Shown here: piece by piece, positions 63,731-64,000 of the stretch
Layout: each line of letters starts with the position of its first letter
Position numbering within the stretch: the first letter of the stretch is position 1
NCBI RefSeq assembly: GCF_036971445.1
Contig: NC_091476.1
Location: 3,658,001 to 3,722,000 of the forward strand
Length of the DNA stretch: 64,000 bases
Origin: Narcine bancroftii
Taxonomy: Eukaryota
Reading direction: 5' to 3'
Made by a program: the position numbers and the translations under genes
Notes under the pieces: generated by a model
The model's input: the letters and a program-made list of their open reading frames with translations, nothing else
Told to the model about the DNA's origin: nothing
Database searches by the model: none

Positions 63731-64000
63731 ATTAGCAAGACCAGCATTTATCACCCATCCTTAACTGCTCTCAAGAAGGTGGTCAATATAAAGCTCAGTT
63801 GGGACCAATCTTCCATTCGGCTTACCACCGTAGGCAGGATCTCTGACAATACCAAGTCAAAAAGCTGGTTATGTACTTCTGGAAGTGGGACAGAGCTCAC
63901 TCTTACTCCCAGTCCACATCGACACTGCTGAGGTGGAGACAGTAGACAGCTTTAAGTTCCTAGAAGCAAACATCTGCAGTGACCTGTCCTGGTCAATGGC

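Overview
Vertebrate nuclear DNA, probably from a cartilaginous fish (inferred from V-SINE/HE1-like SINEs, CR1, Penelope, Rex1-like and L1 repeats). It carries the conserved block UPF3B(-) / NDUFA1(+) / AKAP14(+) / NKAP(-), syntenic with human Xq24. I traced splice sites and reading phase by hand for 9 UPF3B coding exons (last exon not found, probably left of the window), all 3 NDUFA1 exons (70 aa), 5 AKAP14 exons (173 aa) and the last 2 NKAP exons. Most of the rest is decayed mobile DNA: several L1 copies, a Gypsy element with nested L1s, CR1, Penelope, RTE, Rex1-like pieces, MITEs and SINEs. Notable oddities: a perfect 42-copy CpG-rich 19-bp array in UPF3B intron 2; a duplicated GC/GT donor at UPF3B exon 4; five CCAAT boxes spaced 53-54 bp in the UPF3B/NDUFA1 bidirectional promoter; a copy of the UPF3B start region in NDUFA1 intron 1; a fold-back hairpin; an L1 antisense donor facing AKAP14; and a candidate unannotated 3-exon transcript. 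I found no CRISPR array, rRNA or true tRNA gene, and nothing I can call a demonstrated new biological system. Homology calls come from recall, not database searches.
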